A DNA stretch of 64,000 nt from Longimicrobiales bacterium (lineage in GTDB: Bacteria; Gemmatimonadota; Gemmatimonadetes; Longimicrobiales; Gaopeijiaceae). The notes beneath the pieces are model-generated. The model ran no database searches. It was not told the DNA's origin and saw only the letters and a list, made by a program, of their open reading frames with translations. The stretch spans positions 1,664,001 through 1,728,000 of the forward strand of contig OZ242008.1 of NCBI GenBank assembly GCA_965204735.1. The letters run 5' to 3'. Positions 1 through 11,831 of this stretch are shown one piece after another. How positions within the stretch are numbered: the first letter of the stretch is position 1; each line of letters opens with the position of its first letter. The translations under genes were made by a program, and so were the position numbers.

Positions 1-1826
1 CGGAGCGTGCAGCGGGACGACGCGCTGGCGCTGATCATGGCCGGCAACGATGCGGTGGCGACACCGGCGCAAGTGTGGGGCTCGCCCGACGTGGCCGACA
101 ACGTCAAGCTGTGGGGCAACTTCGGCGCGTTCCTGGGGGACGCCCTGCAGCTCTACGGCCACGGCAACTACGCCGCCAAGACCGTGGTCGGCGGGTTCTT
201 CTTCCGAAACCCCAACGAACGGCAGGCGATCTACAGCAACGACCAAGGGCGCACCCTGCTCGTCGCCGACATGCTCGACGCCCAGGACGGCGTGCTCGAC
301 GGGTCGGCGAAGTGCCCGGTCGTGCGGATCGTCGGCGGAGTGCCGGACCCGGTGGCGTTCGGCCGGGTGAAGGACGATCCCAACTGCTTCTCGTTCCAGG
401 AAATCCTGCCGGGCGGCTACACGCCCCAGTTCGGCGCCGACATGCTGGACGGCTCGTTCGCGGCAGGCCTCAAGGGCGAGACCGGCTTCGGGATGCTGTG
501 GGACGCCAGCGCAAGCTTCGGCAGCAGCAAGCTGGACTTCTTCATCGACCAGACGACCAACGCCTCCCTGGGTCCCGCGACGCCCCTCCACTTCGACTTG
601 GGCTCGTATCAGCAGCAGGAGCTCAACGTCCACGCCGACGTGTCGTACGAGCTCAACGACGTGATCAACTTGGCCGCCGGCGGCGAGTGGCGCGACGAGC
701 GCTTCGAGGTCGGAGGCGGGCAGCGCGAGTCCTGGGAGTTCGGTCCGCTGGCGGTGCAGGGCTTTCGGGCCGCCTCCGACGGATTTCCCGGCTTCGGCCC
801 CCTGGCCGTGGGAGAGTGGAGCCGCTCCAACTACGCCTTCTACGGCGACGTGGAGATGCGGGACCCGGACGACGAGAGGTGGACCGTGGCCGGCGCCGTG
901 CGCGTCGAGGACTTCTCCGACTTCGGCGTCACCGCCAACGGCAAGTTCGCCGGAAGGTACGGCTTCACCGACGCCGTGGCTTTGCGCGGCAGCGTGAGCA
1001 CCGGCTTTCGCGCGCCGACGCCGGGGCAGCAGAACGTCTTCAACGTGACCACCGAGTTCGACCGCGAGATCAATGCGCCGGTCAACAAGGCCACGATCGC
1101 CTCCACGTCGCCGGTCGCCCGTCTGCGGGGAGGGAAGCAGCTGCAGCCCGAGGAATCGGTCAACGCGGCCCTCGGCGCGGTGGTGAGCCTGGGCGCGTTC
1201 AACCTGACCGTGGACTACTTCCAGATCGACGTGACCCGGCGGATATCGCTGACCCAGGACTTCAGGCTCGAGCCGGCGGAGGTCGAGGCGCTCCTTGCCG
1301 AGGGGATCACCAGCGCGGGCAACGTTCGCGACTTTCGCTTCTTCACCAACGACTTCGACACGCGCACGCGGGGCGTGGACATGGTGGCCACCTACCAGCC
1401 CGAAGCGTTGGGCGACGCCACCACCTTCACCGTTCTCTTCAACCGCACGAACACGACAGTCACCAAGTTCAGCCCCGACGTCCTCGACGCGCGGCGGATT
1501 CGCGAGCTCGAGCAAGCGCTGCCCAGGACCCGCTGGAACCTGTCGGCCAACCACGCGCCCGATCCATGGCGCTTCATGGCCCGGCTGAACTACTACGGCG
1601 GCTGGCACGATTCGGAGGACGCCCGGTTCTACGACGGAGACGCGACCGTGGACATGGAAGCGGCCTACTCGGTGAACGAGTCGGCGAGCTTCGCCTTGGG
1701 CGGGCAGAACGTGCTGAACAAGTTCCCGGACAGGAACCCGACCGCGGCGCTGGTGGGCAACCCGTACAGCCAGTACGCGCCGTACGGCTTCAACGGAGCG
1801 TTCTTCTACGTTCGGATGAACTACCA

Positions 1827-1842
<16 letters not shown>
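1..1842 (+). CDS. TonB-dependent receptor, C-terminal part (5' end lies outside the window)
   Basis: Open from base 1 (RSVQRDDA...). Has beta-barrel TBDR motifs (STGFRAPTPGQQ, TVDYFQI, GGQNVLNKFP, terminal aromatic strand FYVRMNYQW) and is colinear with the downstream paralog. Confidence 0.9.
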
Positions 1843-4586
<2,744 letters not shown>

Positions 4587-4619
4587 CGGGCTGGACGGCC
4601 CAGCTCCGACGTTGGCCCG

Positions 4620-6917
4620 CTACTCGATTGTGATCCGTTCGGCGGCGTAGACGAAGAGGACGTCGTTGGCGGCCTTGCAGCTCTCGAGCACGCTGGCGTA
4701 GTCGTCGCTGGCGATCTGGGCCGCCGAGATCCCGGCGATCACCAAGTCGGCAGTGGAGGAGTTGTCGGCCACCGCAGCCTCGAGGTCGGCGGGAGTCTTC
4801 ACCGCTCGAGTCTCGATGTTGTTTCTGGATATGGGCAGCCGACCCTGCATGATCAAGTCGGAAAGTTCGTCGACGCTGTTCTTCCGGCGTTCCGGGTCCA
4901 CGCAGGCGAAGACGCGTATCTCGGCAGTCCTCCACTCGTGATGGCCGACGATGATGTATGCCAGCATCAGCATCATCGCCACGTTGGCGAGCGTCTCGCG
5001 GGTGACCCAAACGTGTATCGACGCGCGGTATCCGAAGCGGAAGGTCGTCGAACGCAGGACCGTGACGTTGAAGTTGGCCGAGGCGGCCAGGGCAATCGCC
5101 TTGCTGACGTCGGCGATTTCGCCGGCGTGGTCTTGGTCGAACTCCAAGAGGACGCTGTTGTTGGGGAACCCGGAGACGCCGGGAAACTGCAGCGCCTGGG
5201 TCACGGCCGACTCGAAGGACGGCGCAATGAGCGTGTCGACGAAAGTGCCCGCCCGGCTCAAGTCGGAGCGCCGCACGAGCTTGCCAAGCTGGGCCCGGGC
5301 CTCGATCTCGGTCTCCAGGCTGTACTCGCCCTCGATGTACTGGATGAAGTGGCCGAAGCCGTGGCGGTGGCAAATCCACCGAAGCAAGTCGAACTGAGCG
5401 ACCCGGCGCTGCCCGTGGCGAGTGATGGCGATGAACGAAGGGCGCCAGCCGTCCTGGTGGTTGCGCTGGTTTTTCTGAAGGGTGATCTGCAGTCGGCGGA
5501 CCGTTTGGTACATGGCGCTTTGCAGGATTACGGCAAAGTCGCGCTCGCCCCGGCGGGTTCGGCTCAGTCCGAAGTAGATCAGCACCATGATCGCGACCGA
5601 CAAGAGGGCGTAGGCGGCGTTCATCTGGATCATCATCAGCCCGCACATCAGGGCGCCCACCAGCGACACGTACCAGCGTGACCGGAAGGTCGGACGGTAC
5701 GAGGGGTTGCCCGCGAAGTACTCCAGAAACGACACGAGGCAAAGCGCGCCGTAGGTCACCATGAAGAACATGCTGAGGATCTGGGCGATGAAGTCTATGT
5801 CTCCCATGAGCACGAAGACCAGCGCCAGCGCCGACGACACCCAGATGGCGTTGCTAGGCTCGTCGGCCGCGCCTCGGCCTCGGGCCAGCAGCTCGTTGAC
5901 GCCACGCACGGGAAACACCTTGTCGCGAGCCAGCGCTTGCAGCGTTCGAGGCGCCCCCAGGATCGAGCCGAGCGACGACGAGAGCGCCGCGGCGGCGAGT
6001 CCCACGAACACCGCCGGGCCCCAGAGCGCGATCTGCGCCATGACGAACTGATCCCCTGCCAGGACCTCGGGCGTTGCATGGTTGGCCAGCTTCACGGCGA
6101 CGATCACGTACACGACCATGCCGGTGACCGTGGCGCCTATGCTTCCAAGCGGAATCGAGCGCTTGGGCTCCTTCAGGTCTCCAGAGAGGCTGAGGCCCGC
6201 GATCATGCCCGTGAACGCAGGGAACACGGTCGCAAAGACCCGGCCGAAGCCGTCCGGCTCGGCGACCGTGGCGGTCACGTTGAGTCCCTCGGGTCGAATC
6301 TCCGGCGGGCCGCTGCCGAGAAGGAAGGACCCGATCACAAGCGCCAGGATGCCGGAGACGATCCAGAGCGCCCGGACCCCGAGGTCGGCGCCGCGGGTGA
6401 GCATGAGCGTGCACAGGACGATCAGCCCGGGCAGGCTCACCCACTGCACCATCGGACGGATGTCGTACCGTGCCGCCGCCCACTGCATGACCGGTTCGAA
6501 CGCCTCTCCGAAGGCGACCAGGTAGAACGCCACCGAGATCGCCTCCGACAGGTAGAGGGCGATGCCGATGGAGCCGCCGATCGTCGTCCCGAAGGATCGG
6601 CTGATGATGAAGTACGCGCCGCCGCCCGCGACCCGCCTGTTGGTTGCGATCTCGGAGACCGCCAGCACCGTGGGGATCGTGACCATGTGGCCGATGGCGA
6701 TGATGAGCAGGGTCCCGCCCAGTCCCACGTGGCCCACGGCGTAGCCGAAGCGCAGGAACAGGATGGCGCCCAGGATCGTGCTGACCGACGCCAGGAAGAC
6801 GGGCGCCGTGCCGAAGCCGTGGCCGCTGCGCTGTTGCGCTTGGCCGGCGGCGGCCGGACGCCCGAGGCGGGAGAGGACCCGGTGGGGGGATTCGGCGGTG
6901 GCTGGGCTGTTCGCCAT
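4620..6917 (-). CDS. Amino acid permease / cation-chloride cotransporter (SLC12-like) family protein
   Basis: About 12 TM segments with ILFLRFG, GGAYFIISRSFG and FPAFTGMIAG motifs, followed by a large cytoplasmic C-terminal domain starting WRPSFI, as in the CCC family. Confidence 0.8.
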   Translation of the reverse strand: MANSPATAESPHRVLSRLGRPAAAGQAQQRSGHGFGTAPVFLASVSTILGAILFLRFGYAVGHVGLGGTLLIIAIGHMVTIPTVLAVSEIATNRRVAGGGAYFIISRSFGTTIGGSIGIALYLSEAISVAFYLVAFGEAFEPVMQWAAARYDIRPMVQWVSLPGLIVLCTLMLTRGADLGVRALWIVSGILALVIGSFLLGSGPPEIRPEGLNVTATVAEPDGFGRVFATVFPAFTGMIAGLSLSGDLKEPKRSIPLGSIGATVTGMVVYVIVAVKLANHATPEVLAGDQFVMAQIALWGPAVFVGLAAAALSSSLGSILGAPRTLQALARDKVFPVRGVNELLARGRGAADEPSNAIWVSSALALVFVLMGDIDFIAQILSMFFMVTYGALCLVSFLEYFAGNPSYRPTFRSRWYVSLVGALMCGLMMIQMNAAYALLSVAIMVLIYFGLSRTRRGERDFAVILQSAMYQTVRRLQITLQKNQRNHQDGWRPSFIAITRHGQRRVAQFDLLRWICHRHGFGHFIQYIEGEYSLETEIEARAQLGKLVRRSDLSRAGTFVDTLIAPSFESAVTQALQFPGVSGFPNNSVLLEFDQDHAGEIADVSKAIALAASANFNVTVLRSTTFRFGYRASIHVWVTRETLANVAMMLMLAYIIVGHHEWRTAEIRVFACVDPERRKNSVDELSDLIMQGRLPISRNNIETRAVKTPADLEAAVADNSSTADLVIAGISAAQIASDDYASVLESCKAANDVLFVYAAERITIE

Positions 6918-6966
6918 GGGCGGCGGCGGTGGTTGGCGGAGGGGCGTGGAGGTTCCCGGAAAGGGA

Positions 6967-8769
6967 TCAGCCGGCCGGGTCGGACGTCCTGCGGGCGCTG
7001 GTGGGCTCCGGCGCGATCACCGTCCCCGGCAGCGCGTACGTGATGTCCCCGTTCTCCACCGCGAACTCGCCGTTGATCAGGACGTGCTCGATCCCGGCGG
7101 CGTGCTGGTGGGGCTCGAAGACGGTTGCTCGGTCGGCGATCTCCTCCAGGTCGAAGACGACGAGGTCCGCCCAAGCGCCCGCGCGGACGGCGCCCCGGTC
7201 GTTCGAGCCCATGATCAGGGCGGGCAAGGAGGTCTGGGAGCGGATCGCCGCCTCCAGGGAGAGCGCTCCGGCGACGAGCGCGTAGTGGCGGATCTTGCGC
7301 GGAAACGTGCCGTAGAAGCGGGGGTGGACCGGGCCGTCGGGCGGGTGGGCGATTCCTCCGTCGGACGCCGTGGCCACCCAGGGCTGGGCCGCGTAGAGCT
7401 CCACGTCCGCCTCGGACATCGAAAACCCCCTCATCCGGCCCCCGCCGGGGCGTTCGGGGTCGCCTTCCAGCTGAAGGTCGATCGCCGTCTGGACGGGGGT
7501 CGCGCCCCTGTCCGCGGCCACCTCCGCCAGCGACTTGCCGACCAGGCTCTGGTCCGGGTACTCCATCACCACGACCCGCTCGGCGCCGCCGCGTCGCCTG
7601 ATCTCGTGGGCCACGTCGCGTCGAATCGCCTGCTCGCCCCGGGGCCGCGCCATGGCCAAGCGGAGCATCGCGGCAGGCGGGCGGGCCTCGCGGGACTCGC
7701 CGGCCTCCGGGTCCCGCAACGCCCAGCGGGGGATCAGCACCGTGTTGCCGTCGGAGCCGCTGGTGGCGTAGGGGTACTGATCCGCCCACACCCGCACGCC
7801 TTCGTCGCGAGCGCGCTGGATCAGCTGAACCGCCGACGCGCTGGACCCCCAGAAGTGGGCGCCCTTCGCCTTGATGTGAGAGGCGACCACGCGAACGCCC
7901 GTGCGGCGTCCGATCTCGATCGTCTCCATCACCGCGTCTTGCAGCGTGGGCGGACCCGGCTCGCTCCGACTGGGCCAGAACCACATGGGGTCGGGTCCCT
8001 CGGAGCGCTGGTGCGAGATGTACACGCCGTCCCAGGGCGCCAGCTCCGCCACCAATGCCGCGACTTCGTCGGTGGCGCTCCATCGTCCCGGCGAGTACTC
8101 CAGCCCTGCCGACAACCCTGCGGCGCCGTCCTCCATCGCCTGGCGCGTCAGTGCCTGCATCTCCGCGACTTCCGCATCCGTGGCGGGCCGCCGGAAGTCG
8201 TCTCCCATGACCATGCCTCGGATCGTCCCGTGACCCGCCAGCAGCATGACATTCGGTCCCACGCCCTGGGACTCCAGCAGCGCGCGCTGGCCTGCAATCG
8301 GCCACGGCGAACGCCCGTCCTGGTTGACCACGATCGTCGTGACGCCCTGCGAGACCACGTTGGGCGCGGCCTTCCGGTGCAGGGAGTCGGTGCGGATCGT
8401 CGCCTCGCCGACCTCGCGGCCCCCGTCGTCGGCGTGGGAGTGGACGTCGATGAACCCGGGCGCCACGTACAGCCCCGCAGCGTCGAGGGTCCTGGCGGCG
8501 GGAGCGCCGGCCAGCATTCCCACGGCCACGATGCGCCCGTCGCGGACGCCCACGTCCGCCCTGAACCAGGGGTTCCCGGTCCCGTCCAGGACGCGGCCGC
8601 CGGAGACGAGCAGGTCGAACGGCTCCTGAGAACGGGCGGCAGCGGCGTGGGCGGAGGGGGGCGCAGCCAGCGCCGCCGGCGACGCCGCAATGGCCGGATG
8701 GGCCCGGACGAGCGATGTCGTCGCCAGGACCACGACTCCGGCAAGGGCTTTCGGGACCGTTCTGGACAT
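6967..8769 (-). CDS. N-acyl-D-amino-acid deacylase (D-aminoacylase) family amidohydrolase, exported
   Basis: PGFIDVHSH metal motif, SHIK, HPRFYGTFPR and ADLVVFD motifs. ATG at 8769 is followed by a signal-peptide-like segment. Confidence 0.85.
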   Translation of the reverse strand: MSRTVPKALAGVVVLATTSLVRAHPAIAASPAALAAPPSAHAAAARSQEPFDLLVSGGRVLDGTGNPWFRADVGVRDGRIVAVGMLAGAPAARTLDAAGLYVAPGFIDVHSHADDGGREVGEATIRTDSLHRKAAPNVVSQGVTTIVVNQDGRSPWPIAGQRALLESQGVGPNVMLLAGHGTIRGMVMGDDFRRPATDAEVAEMQALTRQAMEDGAAGLSAGLEYSPGRWSATDEVAALVAELAPWDGVYISHQRSEGPDPMWFWPSRSEPGPPTLQDAVMETIEIGRRTGVRVVASHIKAKGAHFWGSSASAVQLIQRARDEGVRVWADQYPYATSGSDGNTVLIPRWALRDPEAGESREARPPAAMLRLAMARPRGEQAIRRDVAHEIRRRGGAERVVVMEYPDQSLVGKSLAEVAADRGATPVQTAIDLQLEGDPERPGGGRMRGFSMSEADVELYAAQPWVATASDGGIAHPPDGPVHPRFYGTFPRKIRHYALVAGALSLEAAIRSQTSLPALIMGSNDRGAVRAGAWADLVVFDLEEIADRATVFEPHQHAAGIEHVLINGEFAVENGDITYALPGTVIAPEPTSARRTSDPAG

Positions 8770-8834
8770 GGTACGCTGCTGAAGGGAGAGTTTGGATAAC
8801 TGGTAGTGGACCCTTGCTTGCTTTGCAACGTGAC

Positions 8835-9365
8835 ATGGGACCGGAAGCAACGCGACAGGGGACCGACCGAGCCAGCGCCGACCCGCCGGCGCGCGCCCAT
8901 GGCCCCGAACCGCTGGCCGACCCGCCGACCGAGCCGCCCCCGTCCCCCGAGCGCAGCGCCCTCATGGCGCGGATCGGCTCCAAGGACACCAAGCCGGAAC
9001 TCGCCGTGCGCAAGCTCCTTCACGGCCTGGGCTACCGCTACCGGCTCCACCGGCGGGATCTGCCTGGCACGCCGGACATCTGCTTTCCCGGGCGCAGGAA
9101 GGCGATCTTCGTCCACGGATGCTTCTGGCACCGCCACGGGTGCCGCCGGACGACGACGCCGAGCACGCGAGCGTCCTACTGGCGGCAGAAGTTCGACCGG
9201 AACGTGGTCCGGGACCGACGCGCCCTGACGGACCTCGACGAACTCGGCTGGGAGACGCTGGTCGTGTGGGAGTGCGAGGTCGCCGACCTGCCCGCGCTCA
9301 CGGAACGGCTGGTGGCCTTCCTCTCGGAGCCCGACTCCCACGGTCTCGCCGACCCCTCGCCTTGA
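8835..9365 (+). CDS. vsr: Very short patch repair endonuclease Vsr
   Basis: Vsr motifs RSALMARIGSKDTKPE, LPGTPD, IFVHGCFWHRH, W..KFDRNVVRD and LVVWECE. Start uncertain; ATG 8835 chosen. Confidence 0.9.
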   Translation: MGPEATRQGTDRASADPPARAHGPEPLADPPTEPPPSPERSALMARIGSKDTKPELAVRKLLHGLGYRYRLHRRDLPGTPDICFPGRRKAIFVHGCFWHRHGCRRTTTPSTRASYWRQKFDRNVVRDRRALTDLDELGWETLVVWECEVADLPALTERLVAFLSEPDSHGLADPSP

Positions 9366-9441
9366 CGTCCGGCGTCCGCGAGAGCGCCGCCTGGTTGGTC
9401 GCGGCCGGCGCCGGGGCGCTCCCCTCAGGGCCCATCCGGGC

Positions 9442-10248
9442 TCACCACACCAGCGGCGCCAAGTGGACGCGGGTCGCGTCCAGCCGTTCGACGAACCACT
9501 TGGTGTAGACGCGGAGCATCCCGCCGCCGGGCAGCAGGATCAGGTCCATGGAGTGGATGTCCTCGAGGGGGAACGTCGAGAGAACGTCCATGCCGCCGGC
9601 AAGGGGTCCTTCGTCCAGGTACACCGAGATGCCGCTGGGCCGCCCCTTGCGCAGGACGCATCCGAAGATCAAGGAGGCGTCGCCGGGGCAGGGCACGATC
9701 GGCGCGCCCGAGTGCAGCTTGAGCACTGCGGTGGGGTCGGGGTTGACGGCCCGCGCGAACGTCTCGGCGCCCAGGGTCTCGACCCGGTAGGGGATGCTGC
9801 GGCGCCGGTCGGCGAGGAGCCGCTCCGACCTGGACCGGACCTGGAAGCCGTCCATGGCGATGGGGTCCGGTTCGAGGCGGATGAAGAGGCCGTTGCCCTC
9901 GCTCACCGTGACGGGGCCTTCGGTGGTGTGGTAGCCCAGCTGCTCGACGACGATCTCCCACGTGCCCGCGGGGAAGTCGGGAAAGGAGAACCGTCCGTCC
10001 ACGTCCGTGAAGGTGTAGCGCTTCAGGTCGGGCGCCTTGACCACGGCGGCGATGACGGGCCGCTCGTTGAAGGCGTCCAGGACCCGGCCCTCCAAGACGA
10101 ACGTCCCGCCCAGCAAGTCGGGGGGCTCCGGAGGCCGTTCCTGTCCCGCGCCTGCGCCCGCGGCCGAAGCCGCCCACGTGGTCGCCACGACGGCGGCCCG
10201 CAGGCTCGCGAGCGCTCGCTTGATCGCCGCATCGCGTCCGGAAGTCAC
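9442..10248 (-). CDS. Exported protein with carboxypeptidase-regulatory-like domain and a short TonB plug-like C-terminus
   Basis: Signal peptide, then LEGRVLDA...TDVDGRFSFPDFPAGTWEIVVEQLGY (CarboxypepD_reg-like). The C-terminal VYLDEGPL...PLEDIHSMDLI resembles a plug segment. No beta-barrel. Confidence 0.6.
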   Translation of the reverse strand: MTSGRDAAIKRALASLRAAVVATTWAASAAGAGAGQERPPEPPDLLGGTFVLEGRVLDAFNERPVIAAVVKAPDLKRYTFTDVDGRFSFPDFPAGTWEIVVEQLGYHTTEGPVTVSEGNGLFIRLEPDPIAMDGFQVRSRSERLLADRRRSIPYRVETLGAETFARAVNPDPTAVLKLHSGAPIVPCPGDASLIFGCVLRKGRPSGISVYLDEGPLAGGMDVLSTFPLEDIHSMDLILLPGGGMLRVYTKWFVERLDATRVHLAPLVW

Positions 10249-10452
10249 GTCAACTCCCTTGCCTTCGTGCCCAAAGCAGAACCCCGCGGGATCCGGATTG
10301 CGTCAGATTGATCTCTGGTCTCGAACCCGAGTCCGAACCCCAAGGCAAGTCCTGAACCTTCAAGGACCAAGGTATCGTTCGCGTCCTTCCGCGTCATGCC
10401 CGCGAGAAGGCGCTGCGGCCCTTGTCCCGTCAACCGACGAGCGCCCCCACTC

Positions 10453-11718
10453 ATGCCAAGCTCCCACGGTCCAGCCAAGACGTCCTCCGGCCCTGCGAAG
10501 GTGTCTACAGGGCCGGCCAGACGGTCGCCCGATCTCCGAACCACGGCCGTTCACGCCGGCGAGCTGCCCGACCCCGCGACCGGCGCTTCCGCCCCGAACC
10601 TGGTCATGTCCTCCACCTTCGTGACTCGGGACGCCGCCGGCTTCTCGGCCCACGACCTGGACGACCAATCCGGCTTCCTCTACTCCCGCTGGTCGAACCC
10701 GACGGTGGCCCAGCTGGAGACCAAGCTGTGCGCGCTGGAGGGAGCGGAAGCGTGCCTCTGCTTCGGCTCCGGGATGGCGGCGACGTCGGGGCTCGTCTTC
10801 TCGCTCCTGTCGGCGGGCGATCACATGGTCATGTCGGACACCAACTACGCCGGCGCCGCCGAACTTGCCCGGGACACGCTGCCCCGGTTGGGCGTGGACG
10901 TTTCCCTGGCCGACGCCTCCGACCCGGCGAACGTCGCGGCGGCGATCCGTCCCAGCACCCGCCTCGTCTGGCTGGAGACGCCGGCCAATCCGATCGTGCG
11001 CCTCACGGACGTCGCGGCGGTGGCGGCAGCGGTGGCGGAGCGCCCCGGCGTGCGGGTGGCGGTGGACTCCACCTTCGCCACGCCGGTGGCCACCCGCCCC
11101 CTGGAGCTGGGCGCCCACTACGTGGTGCACTCCCTGACGAAGTACGTCGGGGGCCACGGCGACGCCGTGGGCGGGGCCGTCCTGGGCAGGCGCGAGGACG
11201 TGGCGGCCCTGCGGCTGGAGGCGGCCGTCCACTACGGCGGCGTCCTCTCGCCCTTCAACGCATGGCTGATCATGCGGGGCGCGGCGACCCTTCCCATCCG
11301 CATGAAGGCCCACGAGGAGAACGCCCTGGAAGTGGCGCGCTTCCTGGAGAGCCACCCCGCGGTCGAGCGGGTCCTCTACCCGGGACTGCCCTCCCATCCC
11401 CAGCACGACTTGGCCCGGCGCCAGATGCGCAACTTCTCCGGGATGCTCGCCTTCCGGACGAAGCGGGGCCCCGCCATGGCGGAACGGATGGCCGAGGAGC
11501 TGCGCGTCGTGCACTACGCCGTGTCGCTGGGCCACCACCGAAGCCTGATCTTCTGGATGGACACGCCGAGCCTGATGGAGAGCTCGTTTCGCCTGGAAGG
11601 CGCCCAGCTGGAGAGCTACCGGAGCTACGCCGGCGACGGAGTCTTCCGCATGTCCGTCGGGCTCGAGGACCCGGCCGACCTGTGCCGCGACTTGGACCGG
11701 GCGCTGCGGAAAGGGTGA
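10453..11718 (+). CDS. PLP-dependent Cys/Met metabolism enzyme (cystathionine gamma-synthase / methionine gamma-lyase family)
   Basis: YSRWSNPT, FGSGMAA, WLETPANP, VDSTFATP, PLP lysine motif HSLTKYVGGHGD and RMSVGLED. Confidence 0.9.
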   Translation: MPSSHGPAKTSSGPAKVSTGPARRSPDLRTTAVHAGELPDPATGASAPNLVMSSTFVTRDAAGFSAHDLDDQSGFLYSRWSNPTVAQLETKLCALEGAEACLCFGSGMAATSGLVFSLLSAGDHMVMSDTNYAGAAELARDTLPRLGVDVSLADASDPANVAAAIRPSTRLVWLETPANPIVRLTDVAAVAAAVAERPGVRVAVDSTFATPVATRPLELGAHYVVHSLTKYVGGHGDAVGGAVLGRREDVAALRLEAAVHYGGVLSPFNAWLIMRGAATLPIRMKAHEENALEVARFLESHPAVERVLYPGLPSHPQHDLARRQMRNFSGMLAFRTKRGPAMAERMAEELRVVHYAVSLGHHRSLIFWMDTPSLMESSFRLEGAQLESYRSYAGDGVFRMSVGLEDPADLCRDLDRALRKG

Positions 11719-11831
11719 CTTGAAGCGGGCGCCGCGCCATCTTGTTCGAGATGCCGCGACCTGAACCCCCCTGCGCGTCCCCGGCCGACCACGCCGCGCG
11801 GCGCGCCAGAGTTGCCGATCGGAGGCACCAA

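Noticed and set aside
10249..10452. SAM riboswitch upstream of the Cys/Met PLP enzyme
   Set aside because: I could not find SAM-I or SAM-II core motifs, only weak GAACC..AAGG repeats. A covariance-model search would settle it.
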